Positions 18,267 to 28,189 are shown, counted from the first letter of the stretch. The stretch is 64,000 nt of DNA from Anaerolineae bacterium (GCA_039810085.1 JBDHWG010000024.1:5689-69688), one strand, 5' to 3'. The notes: generated by a model from the letters alone, not told the origin. Numbers and translations are program-made.

Positions 18267-19505
18267 ATGTTAGAAAAGATTGAGACAGACATCGCCCAGG
18301 CATTCGTCGATGCCGTCACGGGCGCAGTACCGTGGGAGGATGTGGCGGCAAACGACGTAGGGATGCGCGCCTATGGGAGCGAAGAGATTGCTATCCTGCG
18401 CCCGCTGCACCGCGTGCGCGCCTATTTTGAAGCGGCATGGCCTGCTGAGCCAGACCTGCGCGGCGAGGTGTTGAGCAGCCTCAGCAATGGCGAGCGCGTG
18501 AGCGTTGAGTTCCGTATGCAGTATCATGTTGCGGGGCGCTACGTTGAGGAGTATTGCGTCGCCGTGCTCCAGGTGCGCGAGGGGCAAGCCCACACGATTG
18601 ACCTCTATCGAACGACGCCCATGCCAAGCTCTCACCGTGGCGAGTGGATTGCCCCGCCGACCCTGACCGATGACGAAATCGCGCACCTCTTCGAAGAGGG
18701 TTCCTATAGCTGGGACCTCCGCGACCGCATCAACCCCAACGCCCAGTTTCGCGGCAATCTCCACGGCGGCTACGGCGGCTCCTACGACCCGCACCCGGGC
18801 AGCAACTGGGTCGGTGGATTTCACTGGCCGGCCGACGTCGCAGACGAAAAGATCGAGGCGATTATCGAACACTTTCGTTCGCGCAACTGCGGCTTTGCCT
18901 GGTTCGTCGCGCCGTTCGACGAGCCGCAGGACTTGCCGGAGCGCCTGGAGCGCCACGGCCTGCTGCTGGCGGGCGACCAGATTGCGATGGCCCGCGTCGG
19001 CTTGGAGCCGGACGACATTCCCATCAACCCGGCCGTCGAACTGGAACGCGTCGATGGCAGCTCGGCGGAAGCCGTCGAAACACTGCTCCAGATGACGGGT
19101 CAGGGCTTCAACTGGACGCCGGAGCAGATCGACGAACGCCGCGCAGAGTACCGCGAGCGCTTCAGCGACCCCAAGGAACTACAGCGCCGCACAGCCTACC
19201 TGGCGCGGCTAAATGGACGGCCGGTCGGCCAGGCGCAGGTCCTCTACATGCCTGGCGCCGCCTACCTCGGTGGGGCATCAACGCTGCCGGAGGCGCGCAA
19301 TCAGCGCGTCTACTCAACGTTGCTGGCGCAGCGGCTGCGCGATGCCCACGAGCGGGGCTACCACATCGCCGCGATCCACGCTGAGCCGATGAGCCGCCGC
19401 GTCGTCGAGAAATACCGCTTCAAGCCTTACGGCCGCTATATGATATACGGATGGATGCCCGTACTGGACATCGAGGTGATTCGCAGCCTGGTGCCCCAGG
19501 ACTGA
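18267..19505 (+). CDS. two-domain protein: N-terminal SnoaL/NTF2-like domain fused to GNAT-fold acetyltransferase
   Basis: N-terminal ~120 aa with NTF2-like pattern; C-terminal ARNQRVYSTLLAQRLRDAHERGY GNAT motif A; GGAGG SD. Confidence 0.5.
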   Translation: MLEKIETDIAQAFVDAVTGAVPWEDVAANDVGMRAYGSEEIAILRPLHRVRAYFEAAWPAEPDLRGEVLSSLSNGERVSVEFRMQYHVAGRYVEEYCVAVLQVREGQAHTIDLYRTTPMPSSHRGEWIAPPTLTDDEIAHLFEEGSYSWDLRDRINPNAQFRGNLHGGYGGSYDPHPGSNWVGGFHWPADVADEKIEAIIEHFRSRNCGFAWFVAPFDEPQDLPERLERHGLLLAGDQIAMARVGLEPDDIPINPAVELERVDGSSAEAVETLLQMTGQGFNWTPEQIDERRAEYRERFSDPKELQRRTAYLARLNGRPVGQAQVLYMPGAAYLGGASTLPEARNQRVYSTLLAQRLRDAHERGYHIAAIHAEPMSRRVVEKYRFKPYGRYMIYGWMPVLDIEVIRSLVPQD

Positions 19506-19523
19506 GGGAATAGGACCGATTCA

Positions 19524-20903
19524 ATGACCGCGAACGAGCCGCGTGGCTTCCGTACCTTCTTCATCATCTGGCTGACCCAGTCCATCTCTACGCTGGGCAG
19601 CAGCCTGACCTTCTTCGCGCTGACCATCTGGATGACGGTCACGCTCTACCCCTTGCCGGAGCAGAAGGCCGAGCTGGCGTTCGCCCTCTCCGCCGTCGGC
19701 ATCGCCTTTGGCGTTCCGGTCGTTTTCGCGGCGCCAGTGGCAGGCGCGTGGGCGGACCGCCACGACCGCAAGCGCACCATGCTCGTCGTCAACTTCCTGA
19801 GCGGCGGCCTGAGTCTCGTCCTCGCCAGCCTCGTGCTAAGTGGCACACTCCATCTCTGGCCCGTCCTGGTCATCACCGTTCTGTTCGCCATCTTGGGCGC
19901 ATTCCACCTGGCCGCCTTTGATACGTCTTATGTCATGCTCGTCCCATCGAAGCACCTACCGCGCGCCAACGGCATGATGCAGACGACCGGCTCGCTGGCC
20001 GGCATCGTTGCGCCTGCCATCGCTGCGGCCGTCATTGCCCTGCCGACCCTCGCCCGCCAGGGACTGCTGCCCTTTCCCTCTCTTGCTTCCTTGCAGGACG
20101 GCACGGCGCTGGTGATGCTCATCGACGCCGCGACGTTCTTCCTCGCCGGGCTCGTGCTGCCGTTCCTCAACGTGCCGTCGCCGCGCCGCGCCGACCTCGA
20201 CGACCCGCAGGCCGCCGCGCCGAGCTTCTGGTCGGACGTTGTCTTCGGCGGGCGCTACATCTGGCAGCGGCGGCCGCTCCTCTGGCTGCTGGGCACGTTT
20301 ACCCTGGTCAACCTGCTCTTCGCCCCGGCCGGCGTTCTGACCCCCTTGCTGCTGAAGTTCAACCTCGCGCCGGATTGGACGGCGCGGGGAATGTCCTACG
20401 AGGCCGCGCTGGCGCTCATCAACTCGATGGGGGGCATCGGTGGCTTTGTCGGCGGCCTCATCATTAGCACGTGGGGCGGCCTCAAGACGCAGCGCATCTA
20501 CGGCGTCCTCGTGCCCATCGCCTTGAGCGCAATCGCCGCCATCGCATTCGGGTTAACGCCGTTCCTCTACATCGCGGCGGCCATGGTCATTGTACGCGGC
20601 ATCATGATGCCCTTGATGAACTCCCACTCCCAGAGCATCTGGCAAACCCAGACACCGCCGGAGCTGCAAGGGCGCGTCTTTGCCGTGCGGCGGCTCATCG
20701 CCCAGTTCACCTGGCCGCTCGGCACGGCCATCGCTGGCCTGGTCGGCGGCATCTTCGACGTAGGCGTCTTCATCGCCCTCTCAGGGGCCATCCTGCTTGT
20801 CTTCACCCTGGCGCAGTTCTTCAACCCCGTCCTGCTGCGCGTCGAGGACAAGGCGTGGCTCGACGGCATGGCGGCGCAAACAGCCGCGAAGGCCGGCTCC
20901 TGA
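19524..20903 (+). CDS. MFS transporter
   Basis: 12 predicted TM helices; MFS motif GAWADRHDRKR after TM2. Confidence 0.8.
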   Translation: MTANEPRGFRTFFIIWLTQSISTLGSSLTFFALTIWMTVTLYPLPEQKAELAFALSAVGIAFGVPVVFAAPVAGAWADRHDRKRTMLVVNFLSGGLSLVLASLVLSGTLHLWPVLVITVLFAILGAFHLAAFDTSYVMLVPSKHLPRANGMMQTTGSLAGIVAPAIAAAVIALPTLARQGLLPFPSLASLQDGTALVMLIDAATFFLAGLVLPFLNVPSPRRADLDDPQAAAPSFWSDVVFGGRYIWQRRPLLWLLGTFTLVNLLFAPAGVLTPLLLKFNLAPDWTARGMSYEAALALINSMGGIGGFVGGLIISTWGGLKTQRIYGVLVPIALSAIAAIAFGLTPFLYIAAAMVIVRGIMMPLMNSHSQSIWQTQTPPELQGRVFAVRRLIAQFTWPLGTAIAGLVGGIFDVGVFIALSGAILLVFTLAQFFNPVLLRVEDKAWLDGMAAQTAAKAGS

Positions 20904-20944
20904 GTCTCCATCCGAGGACAGGGCATCCAGCACAAGCATACGTG

Positions 20945-20980
20945 ATACGGGCAGGCGTCCCTCGCGGGGCCTGCCCGTAT
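20945..20980. terminator. bidirectional hairpin between convergent MFS and CARDB genes
   Basis: 12-bp perfect stem ATACGGGCAGGC/GCCTGCCCGTAT; weak U-tract. Confidence 0.4.
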
Positions 20981-21003
20981 TCATGTCTTGTCTGGCCCGT
21001 CTA

Positions 21004-22182
21004 TCACGGGATCGGTATTGTCTGTGTCGGTGTCGGCGTTCCCGTTGGAGCCTCGGCCGGCGTCGTCGCTGTGACCGTGGGCGTCCCGGTCACCGTCTCC
21101 AGCGGCACGGTTGTCGCCGTTGCCGTTGTCGTCACGGTGGCCGTCTCGGTGACATTTGCCGTCGGCGTCGTGCTTACAGTCGGTGTCGCCGTCGCCGCTA
21201 CCGTTTCGGTCGCCGTCACCGTCGCCGTCGCCGTTTGGGTGAAGGAAGCCGTCGGCGTGCCGGTGGATGTCGCCTGGGCGGTTGGCGTTGGCGTATGCGA
21301 TGGCATCGCGGTGCTCGTCAGTGACGGGCCAGGCGTAATAGTCGCCGTTGGCGTGCTGGTGCAACGCGGCGGTGGTGTCGGAAGCGGCAACATGCCAGTA
21401 AAGGTGTTGTTGCCCTCGTTCGGCTCGACGACATCGTTGTTACTATCGACAACGATGGTGACCGATTGCCCAATAGGCACATACTCACTGGTAACGATGT
21501 AAGCAACGCTGCCGGCCGCCAGTCCCGGAAGAGTAGCGAACGACGTCCCGTTGATTGACACGACGAACGAGCCAGCCGCGCTGCGGCCGATGTTGGCGAT
21601 GTCGACGTAGAGCAACAGATTGGAATGGGAAACCGCACAACCACCAGTATAGCCTTGCAGGCTCACCCGAACATTGGCAATCGTGAGATCCGGCCCATTC
21701 CAGTCCACTGCCTTCTCGATGAGAGGCAGGTAGAGATGGTGGCTCTGGGCTGCTCCTCCGGTGGCCGTGGGTGTGACCGTCATCGTTGTCACCGGCGGGG
21801 CCAGCGTGGTCGTGCCGGTTGGCGTCGGAGATGTTGGGGTGGTTGGCGTGATGGTCGTGGTTGCTGTGGTCGTGCCCGTGAGCTCCGGGGCCATTGTCCC
21901 AGTCACCGTCGGGGTAACAGTCTCCGTGATTACTGCTGTTGTCCCTGTGGCCGTAGGGGTGACGGTTGCTGCGACGGTGGTGGCCGTGGCTGTGGCCGTT
22001 GTCGTGGCTTCACCAGCGGGGACTGTCGCCGTGGGTGTCTCTGTCTCCGCCGGACCGGCCTGATTGTTGCCTTGCTGGACCTGGGCGTCTGCCGCTGGTC
22101 CACTCCACGCGGCCACGGCGCTGTTCGCGCCCCACGCCAGGAGCAGGCCGAGCAGGGCCAGGGCGGCAATGCTTCTTCGCAT
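21004..22182 (-). CDS. secreted Thr/Pro-rich protein with CARDB-like domain
   Basis: signal peptide; GPDLTIANVRVS...IANIGRSAAGSFVVSINGT CARDB pattern; long T/P/A repeats. Confidence 0.6.
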   Translation of the reverse strand: MRRSIAALALLGLLLAWGANSAVAAWSGPAADAQVQQGNNQAGPAETETPTATVPAGEATTTATATATTVAATVTPTATGTTAVITETVTPTVTGTMAPELTGTTTATTTITPTTPTSPTPTGTTTLAPPVTTMTVTPTATGGAAQSHHLYLPLIEKAVDWNGPDLTIANVRVSLQGYTGGCAVSHSNLLLYVDIANIGRSAAGSFVVSINGTSFATLPGLAAGSVAYIVTSEYVPIGQSVTIVVDSNNDVVEPNEGNNTFTGMLPLPTPPPRCTSTPTATITPGPSLTSTAMPSHTPTPTAQATSTGTPTASFTQTATATVTATETVAATATPTVSTTPTANVTETATVTTTATATTVPLETVTGTPTVTATTPAEAPTGTPTPTQTIPIP

Positions 22183-22385
22183 ACATCCTCCATGTCTGAT
22201 GGTAAGCGCCCGTCGGAGTCGTTAGCCCCCGGGGCGCAAATTTGTCTGGTGCAATGTCTATGCCACCGGCAGCTTGCGTCAGCAACGCGCTAGGCGCGCA
22301 TTCGCCACGGCCCGTGGATTGCGTAAAATAGCGCGAGACCGTAGTTTTCTGATTCGCAGGGCAAATCTCAACCGAGGATTCTGTA

Positions 22386-23249
22386 ATGAGCGAGCTAGAA
22401 CACGTACTGCGTGTGGAGGCAAAGTTGGGCGAAGGGCCGCTGTGGGACCCGGCCGAGGGCGTGCTGTACTTCGTGGATATTGAAAGTCACTGCTATTACC
22501 GCTACGAGCCGAAGACCGAACAACTCGAGCGCGTTGACGTGGGCCTTCCCGTTGGGGTCATGGCGCTCCGGCAGAACGGCGGTCTCGTCCTGGCGACCCG
22601 CGACGGTTTCGGTTTCTGGGATCCGGCGGCCAAGCGCCTGACGCCCATCGCGGACCCCGAAGCCGACAAGCCGCACGCCCGCTTCAACGATGGCGCTGTG
22701 GACGACCGGGGGCGTTTCTGGGCCGGGACGATGGGCGACGACGACCGCAACAGCCTGTACCGCCTCGACCCGAACCTCACGGTGCATACGATGGAGACCG
22801 GGCTAGGAACGTGCAACGGCATCAATTGGAGCCCGGACCGCAAGACGATGTACCTCACGAACACGCCGCACCAGGTCATCTATGCGTATGACTTCGACCT
22901 GGACAGTGGCGGCATGAGCAACCGGCGCATCTTCGTGGATAGTTCGGGGGAGTCGGGCTACCCCGACGGCCTGACCGTCGACAGTGAGGGCTTCGTGTGG
23001 AGCGCGCGATGGGGCGGCTCGAAGGTGACGCGCTATGATCCCCAGGGGCGCGTCGAGCGCGAGATCAGGCTGCCCGTCGAGCAGGTGACGTGCTGCGCGT
23101 TTGGTGGGGCTGACTTGGATGAGCTATACATGACGACGGCATGGACCGGCCTGAGTGACGAGGGGCGCGCCAAACAGCCGCTAGCCGGTGACCTGTTCCG
23201 CGTTCGTGTGGGCGTCAAGGGGATGCCGGCCGCGCGGTTCCTGGGCTAG
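22386..23249 (+). CDS. SMP-30/gluconolactonase/LRE family protein
   Basis: six-bladed propeller motifs (EGPLWD, NDGAVD, YPDGLTVD). Confidence 0.8.
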   Translation: MSELEHVLRVEAKLGEGPLWDPAEGVLYFVDIESHCYYRYEPKTEQLERVDVGLPVGVMALRQNGGLVLATRDGFGFWDPAAKRLTPIADPEADKPHARFNDGAVDDRGRFWAGTMGDDDRNSLYRLDPNLTVHTMETGLGTCNGINWSPDRKTMYLTNTPHQVIYAYDFDLDSGGMSNRRIFVDSSGESGYPDGLTVDSEGFVWSARWGGSKVTRYDPQGRVEREIRLPVEQVTCCAFGGADLDELYMTTAWTGLSDEGRAKQPLAGDLFRVRVGVKGMPAARFLG

Positions 23250-23316
23250 CTGGGGACCTGTCGTGGCGATTTGAGGCGCTCGCTGGCCCCTGGCCGCGCT
23301 ACACACGACGTTACCA

Positions 23317-23994
23317 ATGAATCTATCCGTCATCATTCCCACCCTCAACGAAGCGGACAATATCGCCGCGTGCCTGACCAGCATTCGCTATCAAGCCGTT
23401 GATACGGAGATCATCGTCGTCGATGGCGGCAGTAGCGACGAGACAGTACGTCTTGCTGCGCCGCATGCCACCGTTATCGCCGGGCCGCGCGGCCGCGCCA
23501 GGCAGATGAATCTGGGGGCGCGCCACGCCACGGGTGACGTCTTCCTCTTTCTGCACGCCGATTCGCGCCTGCACCCGGCGGCCCTGGCGTACCTGGCGCA
23601 AGTGATGCGCGACCCTCGCATTGTTGGCGGGACCTTCACCCTGTGGTTCGATACAGACCACGTGTTGCTGCGCTTCTTGGCGTTGATGACACGCCTCGAA
23701 GGGCGACTCTTTCGCTACGGCGACCAGGGTATCATCGTTCGGCGCTCGGTGTACGACACGCTCGATGGGTTCAAAGAGTTTCCTCTGATGGACGACGTCG
23801 ACTTTCTGCGCCGAATGAGCGCCGCTGGACCAACAGCGCTCATTCCCCTGCCGGTGACGACATCGGCGCGGCGCTTCCTGAAACGCGGCGTCGTGCGTCA
23901 GCAATCCATCAACATTGCGCTCGTCGTAGCGTGGCTCCTGGGGGCAAAGCCGGAAGCCCTCGCGCGGTGGTACTACGGGCCGTCCAAGCAATAG
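23317..23994 (+). CDS. family 2 glycosyltransferase (small, TIGR04283-like)
   Basis: SVIIPTLNEADNI, VVDGGSSDET DxD-type GT-A motifs. Confidence 0.7.
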   Translation: MNLSVIIPTLNEADNIAACLTSIRYQAVDTEIIVVDGGSSDETVRLAAPHATVIAGPRGRARQMNLGARHATGDVFLFLHADSRLHPAALAYLAQVMRDPRIVGGTFTLWFDTDHVLLRFLALMTRLEGRLFRYGDQGIIVRRSVYDTLDGFKEFPLMDDVDFLRRMSAAGPTALIPLPVTTSARRFLKRGVVRQQSINIALVVAWLLGAKPEALARWYYGPSKQ

Positions 23995-24074
23995 ACGTCC
24001 TTCGGCTCACACGCTATGTAAATGTTGCCGCACCATCAGCGCATAGTCGCGCCTTAAACAGTGATGGCGGTTGT

Positions 24075-24842
24075 TTACCTTTTTGTGGTTGGCTGCGTAA
24101 CGAAGCGGTAGCCTCGCCCGCGGTCCGTGATGATGTAGCGCGGGCGATCGGGATCAGGCTCGAGCTTCTGGCGAAGCCGCCAGATGTAGAGCTTGACGTA
24201 CTTGCCGCGGTCGTCCTCGCTCTGCTCGTCGCGCCAGACCTGCTCGACAAGCTCATCGGTTGTGAGCGTCTGGTTGGCGCTCTCGACGAGGTAGAACAGC
24301 AGGCGGCGCTCCGTGGCTGTCAAGGCGACGGCCTGACCGCGCACCAGGACGCGCCAACCGGCGGCGCTGATGCTGAGATGGGCGTCCTCATACAGCGCAG
24401 TAGTTGACGGCAGGGTAGCCACCGGCTGGGTGCGGCGTAGAACAGCCGCGATGCGCAGTTCCATCTCGCGGAGGCTGAAGGGCTTGGACAAGTAATCGTC
24501 TGCGCCCAACGACAAGCCGTTGACACGGTCGTTCGTCTGCGTGCGAGCCGACAGGATGATGATGGGAACATCCCACCGTTGGCGAATGCGACGGCACAGG
24601 TCCCAGCCGGTGGTGTCGGGCAGCATGACATCCAGCAAGATGAGATCGGGCATCTGGCCCTGGAGCCAATCCATCGCCTCTTGTCCGCTGTGAGCTTGCT
24701 CCACTGTGTAACCGACGTGGCGCAAGAACGTGCCGACCATCTCGGCTAGTGGACGGTCGTCGTCCACCACGAGAATTGAACGAAGGAGTGGAGCAGTCGT
24801 TGTCATGGTTTGCACTGTGCGTGGTTTTGACGTGATCAACAT
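24075..24842 (-). CDS. OmpR-family response regulator (REC + winged helix)
   Basis: VVDDD...DLILLDVMLPD receiver motifs; C-terminal RGRGYRF winged helix. Confidence 0.8.
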   Translation of the reverse strand: MLITSKPRTVQTMTTTAPLLRSILVVDDDRPLAEMVGTFLRHVGYTVEQAHSGQEAMDWLQGQMPDLILLDVMLPDTTGWDLCRRIRQRWDVPIIILSARTQTNDRVNGLSLGADDYLSKPFSLREMELRIAAVLRRTQPVATLPSTTALYEDAHLSISAAGWRVLVRGQAVALTATERRLLFYLVESANQTLTTDELVEQVWRDEQSEDDRGKYVKLYIWRLRQKLEPDPDRPRYIITDRGRGYRFVTQPTTKR

Positions 24843-24856
24843 TGACGGGTTGCCCC

Positions 24857-24900
24857 CTAAAAAACGCTGGGGAGGCGCCCCCCGGATTGGCCTCCCCAGC
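24857..24900 (-). terminator. canonical intrinsic terminator on minus strand between HK and RR genes
   Basis: perfect 11-bp GC-rich stem GCTGGGGAGGC/GCCTCCCCAGC, 13-nt loop, followed on minus strand by UUUUUU; only 15 nt upstream of RR start. Confidence 0.55.
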
Positions 24901-25088
24901 GGTGAGCAGGGAGGTATCCTTAGGTAAGCCTCCCCGCTATGGGTGATATGCGAGAGCTAGCGCCGCACTTGGGACCTATCCCCAGTGTTCCGTTCTCCGG
25001 ACGGGGACCAGTTCAAGGTCACTGTCTAATCTCATCATACACCAGCAAGTTTACGAACCATATTAAGATGCAGCCCCACAATGAGGAA

Positions 25089-26267
25089 TTAGGAAAACTC
25101 GTTGTCGGCATCGAACGTCGGCAAGGTGACGTGGAAGGTCGAGCCTTTGCCAACCTCACTCTCGAACCAGATGCGCCCGCCGTGCAGCTCAACCAGGGAA
25201 CGGGTGATGCTCAAGCCCAGTCCTGTACCCGGCGCGTCCGTCTGAGCCGCCGTTCGAGCACGGAAGAAACGGTCGAAAATCCGGCCCTGCTCCTCGCTTG
25301 GGATGCCGATGCCATCATCTGTCACGCTCACCTCGATATAGTGTGGCTCCGAGGCGAGCGCCACGCGAATATGGATGTGCCCGCCGAACGGCGTGTACTT
25401 CACGGCGTTGCTGACCAGATTGCCTAGAATCTGCGTCACTCGCTTTGGGTCGCACAAGGCCAGCGGCAGAGTGCCATCGCTACCCATCGTGACGAGCAAC
25501 TTGCGCGTCGTAATCTGTGGCTCGAAGTAGGCGATGACGTCTTGCGCCAGGCGAACGATGTCGAGTGGACGCAGGGTGAGTTGCAGACGGCCAGCGTCAA
25601 TGCGCGTTATCTCTAGCAGCTCGTCAATAATCGCCTGCAGGCGCTGGGCGCTCTCATCCATAACGCTGAGATAGTGCCGCTGCTCGGTTGTCAGCGGGCC
25701 CGGCAGCTCCTCCAGGAGCATTTCCAGGAAACCACTCAAAGTCGTCAAGGGTGTGCGTAGCTCGTGGGCCGCCACTTCGATGAACTGAGACTTGAGGTCG
25801 TCCAGGTGATGCAGCTCAATATTTGCCGCCTCCAGGGCCAGGTTTCGCTGCGCCAGCTCATCTCGCAGGAGACGAAGTTCATTCCGGCTGTGCGTGACTT
25901 GTTGCTGGGCAACGCCCTGGCTTGTGACGTCCTCGAGCGTGACAAACAGCCCGGGCTGTGGCAGCCCTTGATTCGGAAACGGAGCAGATTGAAGGCTCAC
26001 CCGCAGATAGATTGTGTGGGCGTCTCCCATCTCTCGATTGATCCACGGCAGCTCTAGCTGCGGGCTACGCTCCTCGGCGACGCTGGTCATGACCGCTTCG
26101 TAGCCAATCAGTTCCGGCAAGACATCTGTGACGGGCATGCCAAGGTGATCAGGGCACAGGTAGGCGCTCGGCGCGCCACCGACCTCCACGATACAGAAGC
26201 GGGCATCGGTGATCGCGTAGGTGATGCGAAGAGCGGACAGGAGGCGTTCAAACAGACTGGGTGTCAT
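25089..26267 (-). CDS. cytoplasmic PAS-domain sensor histidine kinase
   Basis: HisKA H-box AAHELRTPL; HATPase N/G boxes (LGNLVSNAVKYT, DDGIGI, GTGLGLSI). Confidence 0.8.
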   Translation of the reverse strand: MTPSLFERLLSALRITYAITDARFCIVEVGGAPSAYLCPDHLGMPVTDVLPELIGYEAVMTSVAEERSPQLELPWINREMGDAHTIYLRVSLQSAPFPNQGLPQPGLFVTLEDVTSQGVAQQQVTHSRNELRLLRDELAQRNLALEAANIELHHLDDLKSQFIEVAAHELRTPLTTLSGFLEMLLEELPGPLTTEQRHYLSVMDESAQRLQAIIDELLEITRIDAGRLQLTLRPLDIVRLAQDVIAYFEPQITTRKLLVTMGSDGTLPLALCDPKRVTQILGNLVSNAVKYTPFGGHIHIRVALASEPHYIEVSVTDDGIGIPSEEQGRIFDRFFRARTAAQTDAPGTGLGLSITRSLVELHGGRIWFESEVGKGSTFHVTLPTFDADNEFS

Positions 26268-26315
26268 GGGTAGTTGGATAGCAGGCCATGGCGGCCTTTG
26301 GCCTGCCTATCTCCT

Positions 26316-26843
26316 CTAGTCGCCCGCCACAAGCAGGCGGCCGAGATGTCGGAAAGTCTCCTCGACCTGATCCCCGGTTTTGGCGCTCGTCAGGTAACAC
26401 GACGTGTGCAGTGAGGCGGCAAAGGCATCCACTTCCGCGTACGGCAGGCGTGCGTCCGGCAGGTCGATCTTGTTGACGGCGACGACGAAATGGGCGTTCG
26501 GCGCAACACGCCGCATGTCATCGACATAGGCGGTCAGACCAGCCAAGGTGTCAGGGCGCGTCACATCACAAACAAGGATAGCGCCCGCTGCGCCACGCAG
26601 ATAGCTCGCCCGCATGGCGCTAAACTCCTCGCTACCTGCCAGGTCCCACAGAAGCAATGCCAGCTCGACAAGCCCATCTCGCACGGGCAGGACGACCGTC
26701 TTGCGGCTGACCTTGACACCGATAGTGGCAAGGTACTTGTCCTCGAAGGCGTTGTAGACAAAGCGCCGCACCAGGCTCGTCTTGCCGACGGCAAAATCGC
26801 CAAGCAGGCAGACCTTCTTGCTAATCCTGGGCATGGCGCTCAC
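26316..26843 (-). CDS. Ras/Rab-like small GTPase (prokaryotic Ras-superfamily) lacking catalytic Gln
   Basis: G1 GDFAVGKTS, switch I ATIGV, G3 WDLAGSEEF (Ser in place of Gln61), G4 NKID, G5 SAK. Confidence 0.75.
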   Translation of the reverse strand: MSAMPRISKKVCLLGDFAVGKTSLVRRFVYNAFEDKYLATIGVKVSRKTVVLPVRDGLVELALLLWDLAGSEEFSAMRASYLRGAAGAILVCDVTRPDTLAGLTAYVDDMRRVAPNAHFVVAVNKIDLPDARLPYAEVDAFAASLHTSCYLTSAKTGDQVEETFRHLGRLLVAGD

Positions 26844-28180
26844 GGCCCCGCTGTCGGTGTAACTAACTCTGGTGGGATGGGGCTAGTGGTTCCGACCCAC
26901 TCGGCCTGCACCCACCCCACAATCTCGGCCCCGCCGGGCGGCGTCCAGCGTATCTCAAACCAGTCGCCGGCCTGGGCAAGAATCTGCACCGTCCGGCCGC
27001 GCTCCACGGCGAAGTTCAGGCGCTCCGAGTCCAGCGACGGGCCGCTGCGCAGCCAGGAACTGCCGGTCATGACGGCGAGAACGGGGGATTGCGTCGGGGT
27101 CGAAGTCGGACTTGATGTTGGCGTGAGCGTGGCCGTCGCCGTGGCTGTGGCCGTAGCCGTGGCCGTCAGGGTGGGCGTCGGCGTCGCCGTCGGTGTGGGC
27201 GTGGCAGTCGGGGTCGCTGTCGGCAGCGGCGCAAGCGCAGCCTGTACGGTTCGGATGGTCCAGACGCTGCCAAGGCAGGTCATGCAGATGCACACCGTCA
27301 GAATTCCAGTGGCGACAAGCAGGACCCGCTTCTGCGTTCGGCTCAAGCCCGCTGGCGGCGCGGGCGCAGCCGCCGAGCCAACATCGAGCAGCGGGGCGAG
27401 CCGGTCCGCCACCCCGACCAGATCGGCTGTGTTACCGGAATAGCGCCGCAACACCTCGCCGTAGGCAAAGTCGATGCCGAAGAGGGTCTCGCGCAGTTGA
27501 TTACGAAAGCCCGTCGGCTCGACGCCCGTTGTGACGGCCGCCAGGTAGGCCAGGCGTGACGATTCGATAAGGATGCACTGGTTGCCGTAGAGAATCTGGT
27601 CGATGTCTCCCTCGCGCCCCTGTCCAAACGTGTCCTGGACGAAGTCGCGGATGGCCGTCAGCATCCCGCTGATGACGTCCGAGTCGGACGCGGTCTCTGG
27701 GTGGCGTGAGACGTGGCTGAGCAACAGCCCGGTCTCGCGGTGGATGAGAAACACCTCGTCCACGGCGAAGGGTAGCGCCTGGCGCAGAAGCATCTCGCCC
27801 GATGAGACGCCCCGCAGTCGCCCCTGGAAGCGATGCCAGACGGCCCCAGGTTTGAAACTCGTCCGCATCTGCGCGTCAACGGAGCGCGCCAGGTCGCGGA
27901 TGGCCTCGGCCACGGCGCGCACGACGAGACCGCCGATAATCGGGTAGAGCGCCTCGATCATCTCATCGCGGTCCTCGCGGATCTTGCGGCGAATCGCGTC
28001 ACCGAGGATAGGCGACACCATCGCCGCCAGCGCATCCGGGTCGTTCACCCGGCTTTCTAGCTCGCCGATGCGCCGTCGGTCGCCGCTAAACAGGATGTCC
28101 TGGAGCGTCTCGAACTCGGAGCCGTCCTCGCCAAACGCGCCGGACCCGGTATCGGGTCCGGCGTCGGTGGTCTGTGCCAC
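26840..28180 (-). CDS. single-pass membrane protein: cytoplasmic Roadblock/LC7 (MglB-like) domain, TM helix, Thr/Pro linker, extracellular bacterial SH3 domain
   Basis: VDEVFLIHRETGLLLSHV...DVISGMLTAIRDF...QCILIESSRLAYLAAV fits Roadblock pattern; TM VLLVATGILTVCICMTCLGSVW; SH3 segment SWLRSGPSLDSERLNFAVERGRTVQIL...GWVQAEWV; ATGA overlap with GTPase gene. Confidence 0.55.
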   Translation of the reverse strand: MAQTTDAGPDTGSGAFGEDGSEFETLQDILFSGDRRRIGELESRVNDPDALAAMVSPILGDAIRRKIREDRDEMIEALYPIIGGLVVRAVAEAIRDLARSVDAQMRTSFKPGAVWHRFQGRLRGVSSGEMLLRQALPFAVDEVFLIHRETGLLLSHVSRHPETASDSDVISGMLTAIRDFVQDTFGQGREGDIDQILYGNQCILIESSRLAYLAAVTTGVEPTGFRNQLRETLFGIDFAYGEVLRRYSGNTADLVGVADRLAPLLDVGSAAAPAPPAGLSRTQKRVLLVATGILTVCICMTCLGSVWTIRTVQAALAPLPTATPTATPTPTATPTPTLTATATATATATATLTPTSSPTSTPTQSPVLAVMTGSSWLRSGPSLDSERLNFAVERGRTVQILAQAGDWFEIRWTPPGGAEIVGWVQAEWVGTTSPIPPELVTPTAGP

Positions 28181-28189
28181 GATGGCGGC

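Noticed and set aside
20471-22293. Several long plus-strand ORFs (343 aa, 222 aa, 175 aa) over the Thr/Pro-rich CARDB gene
   Set aside because: Repetitive ACC/CCG codon runs are open in multiple frames on both strands; only the minus-strand frame has a signal peptide and CARDB domain
24939-25427. 162-aa plus-strand ORF between and over the RR and HK genes
   Set aside because: Overlaps the HK coding region in antisense; no motifs
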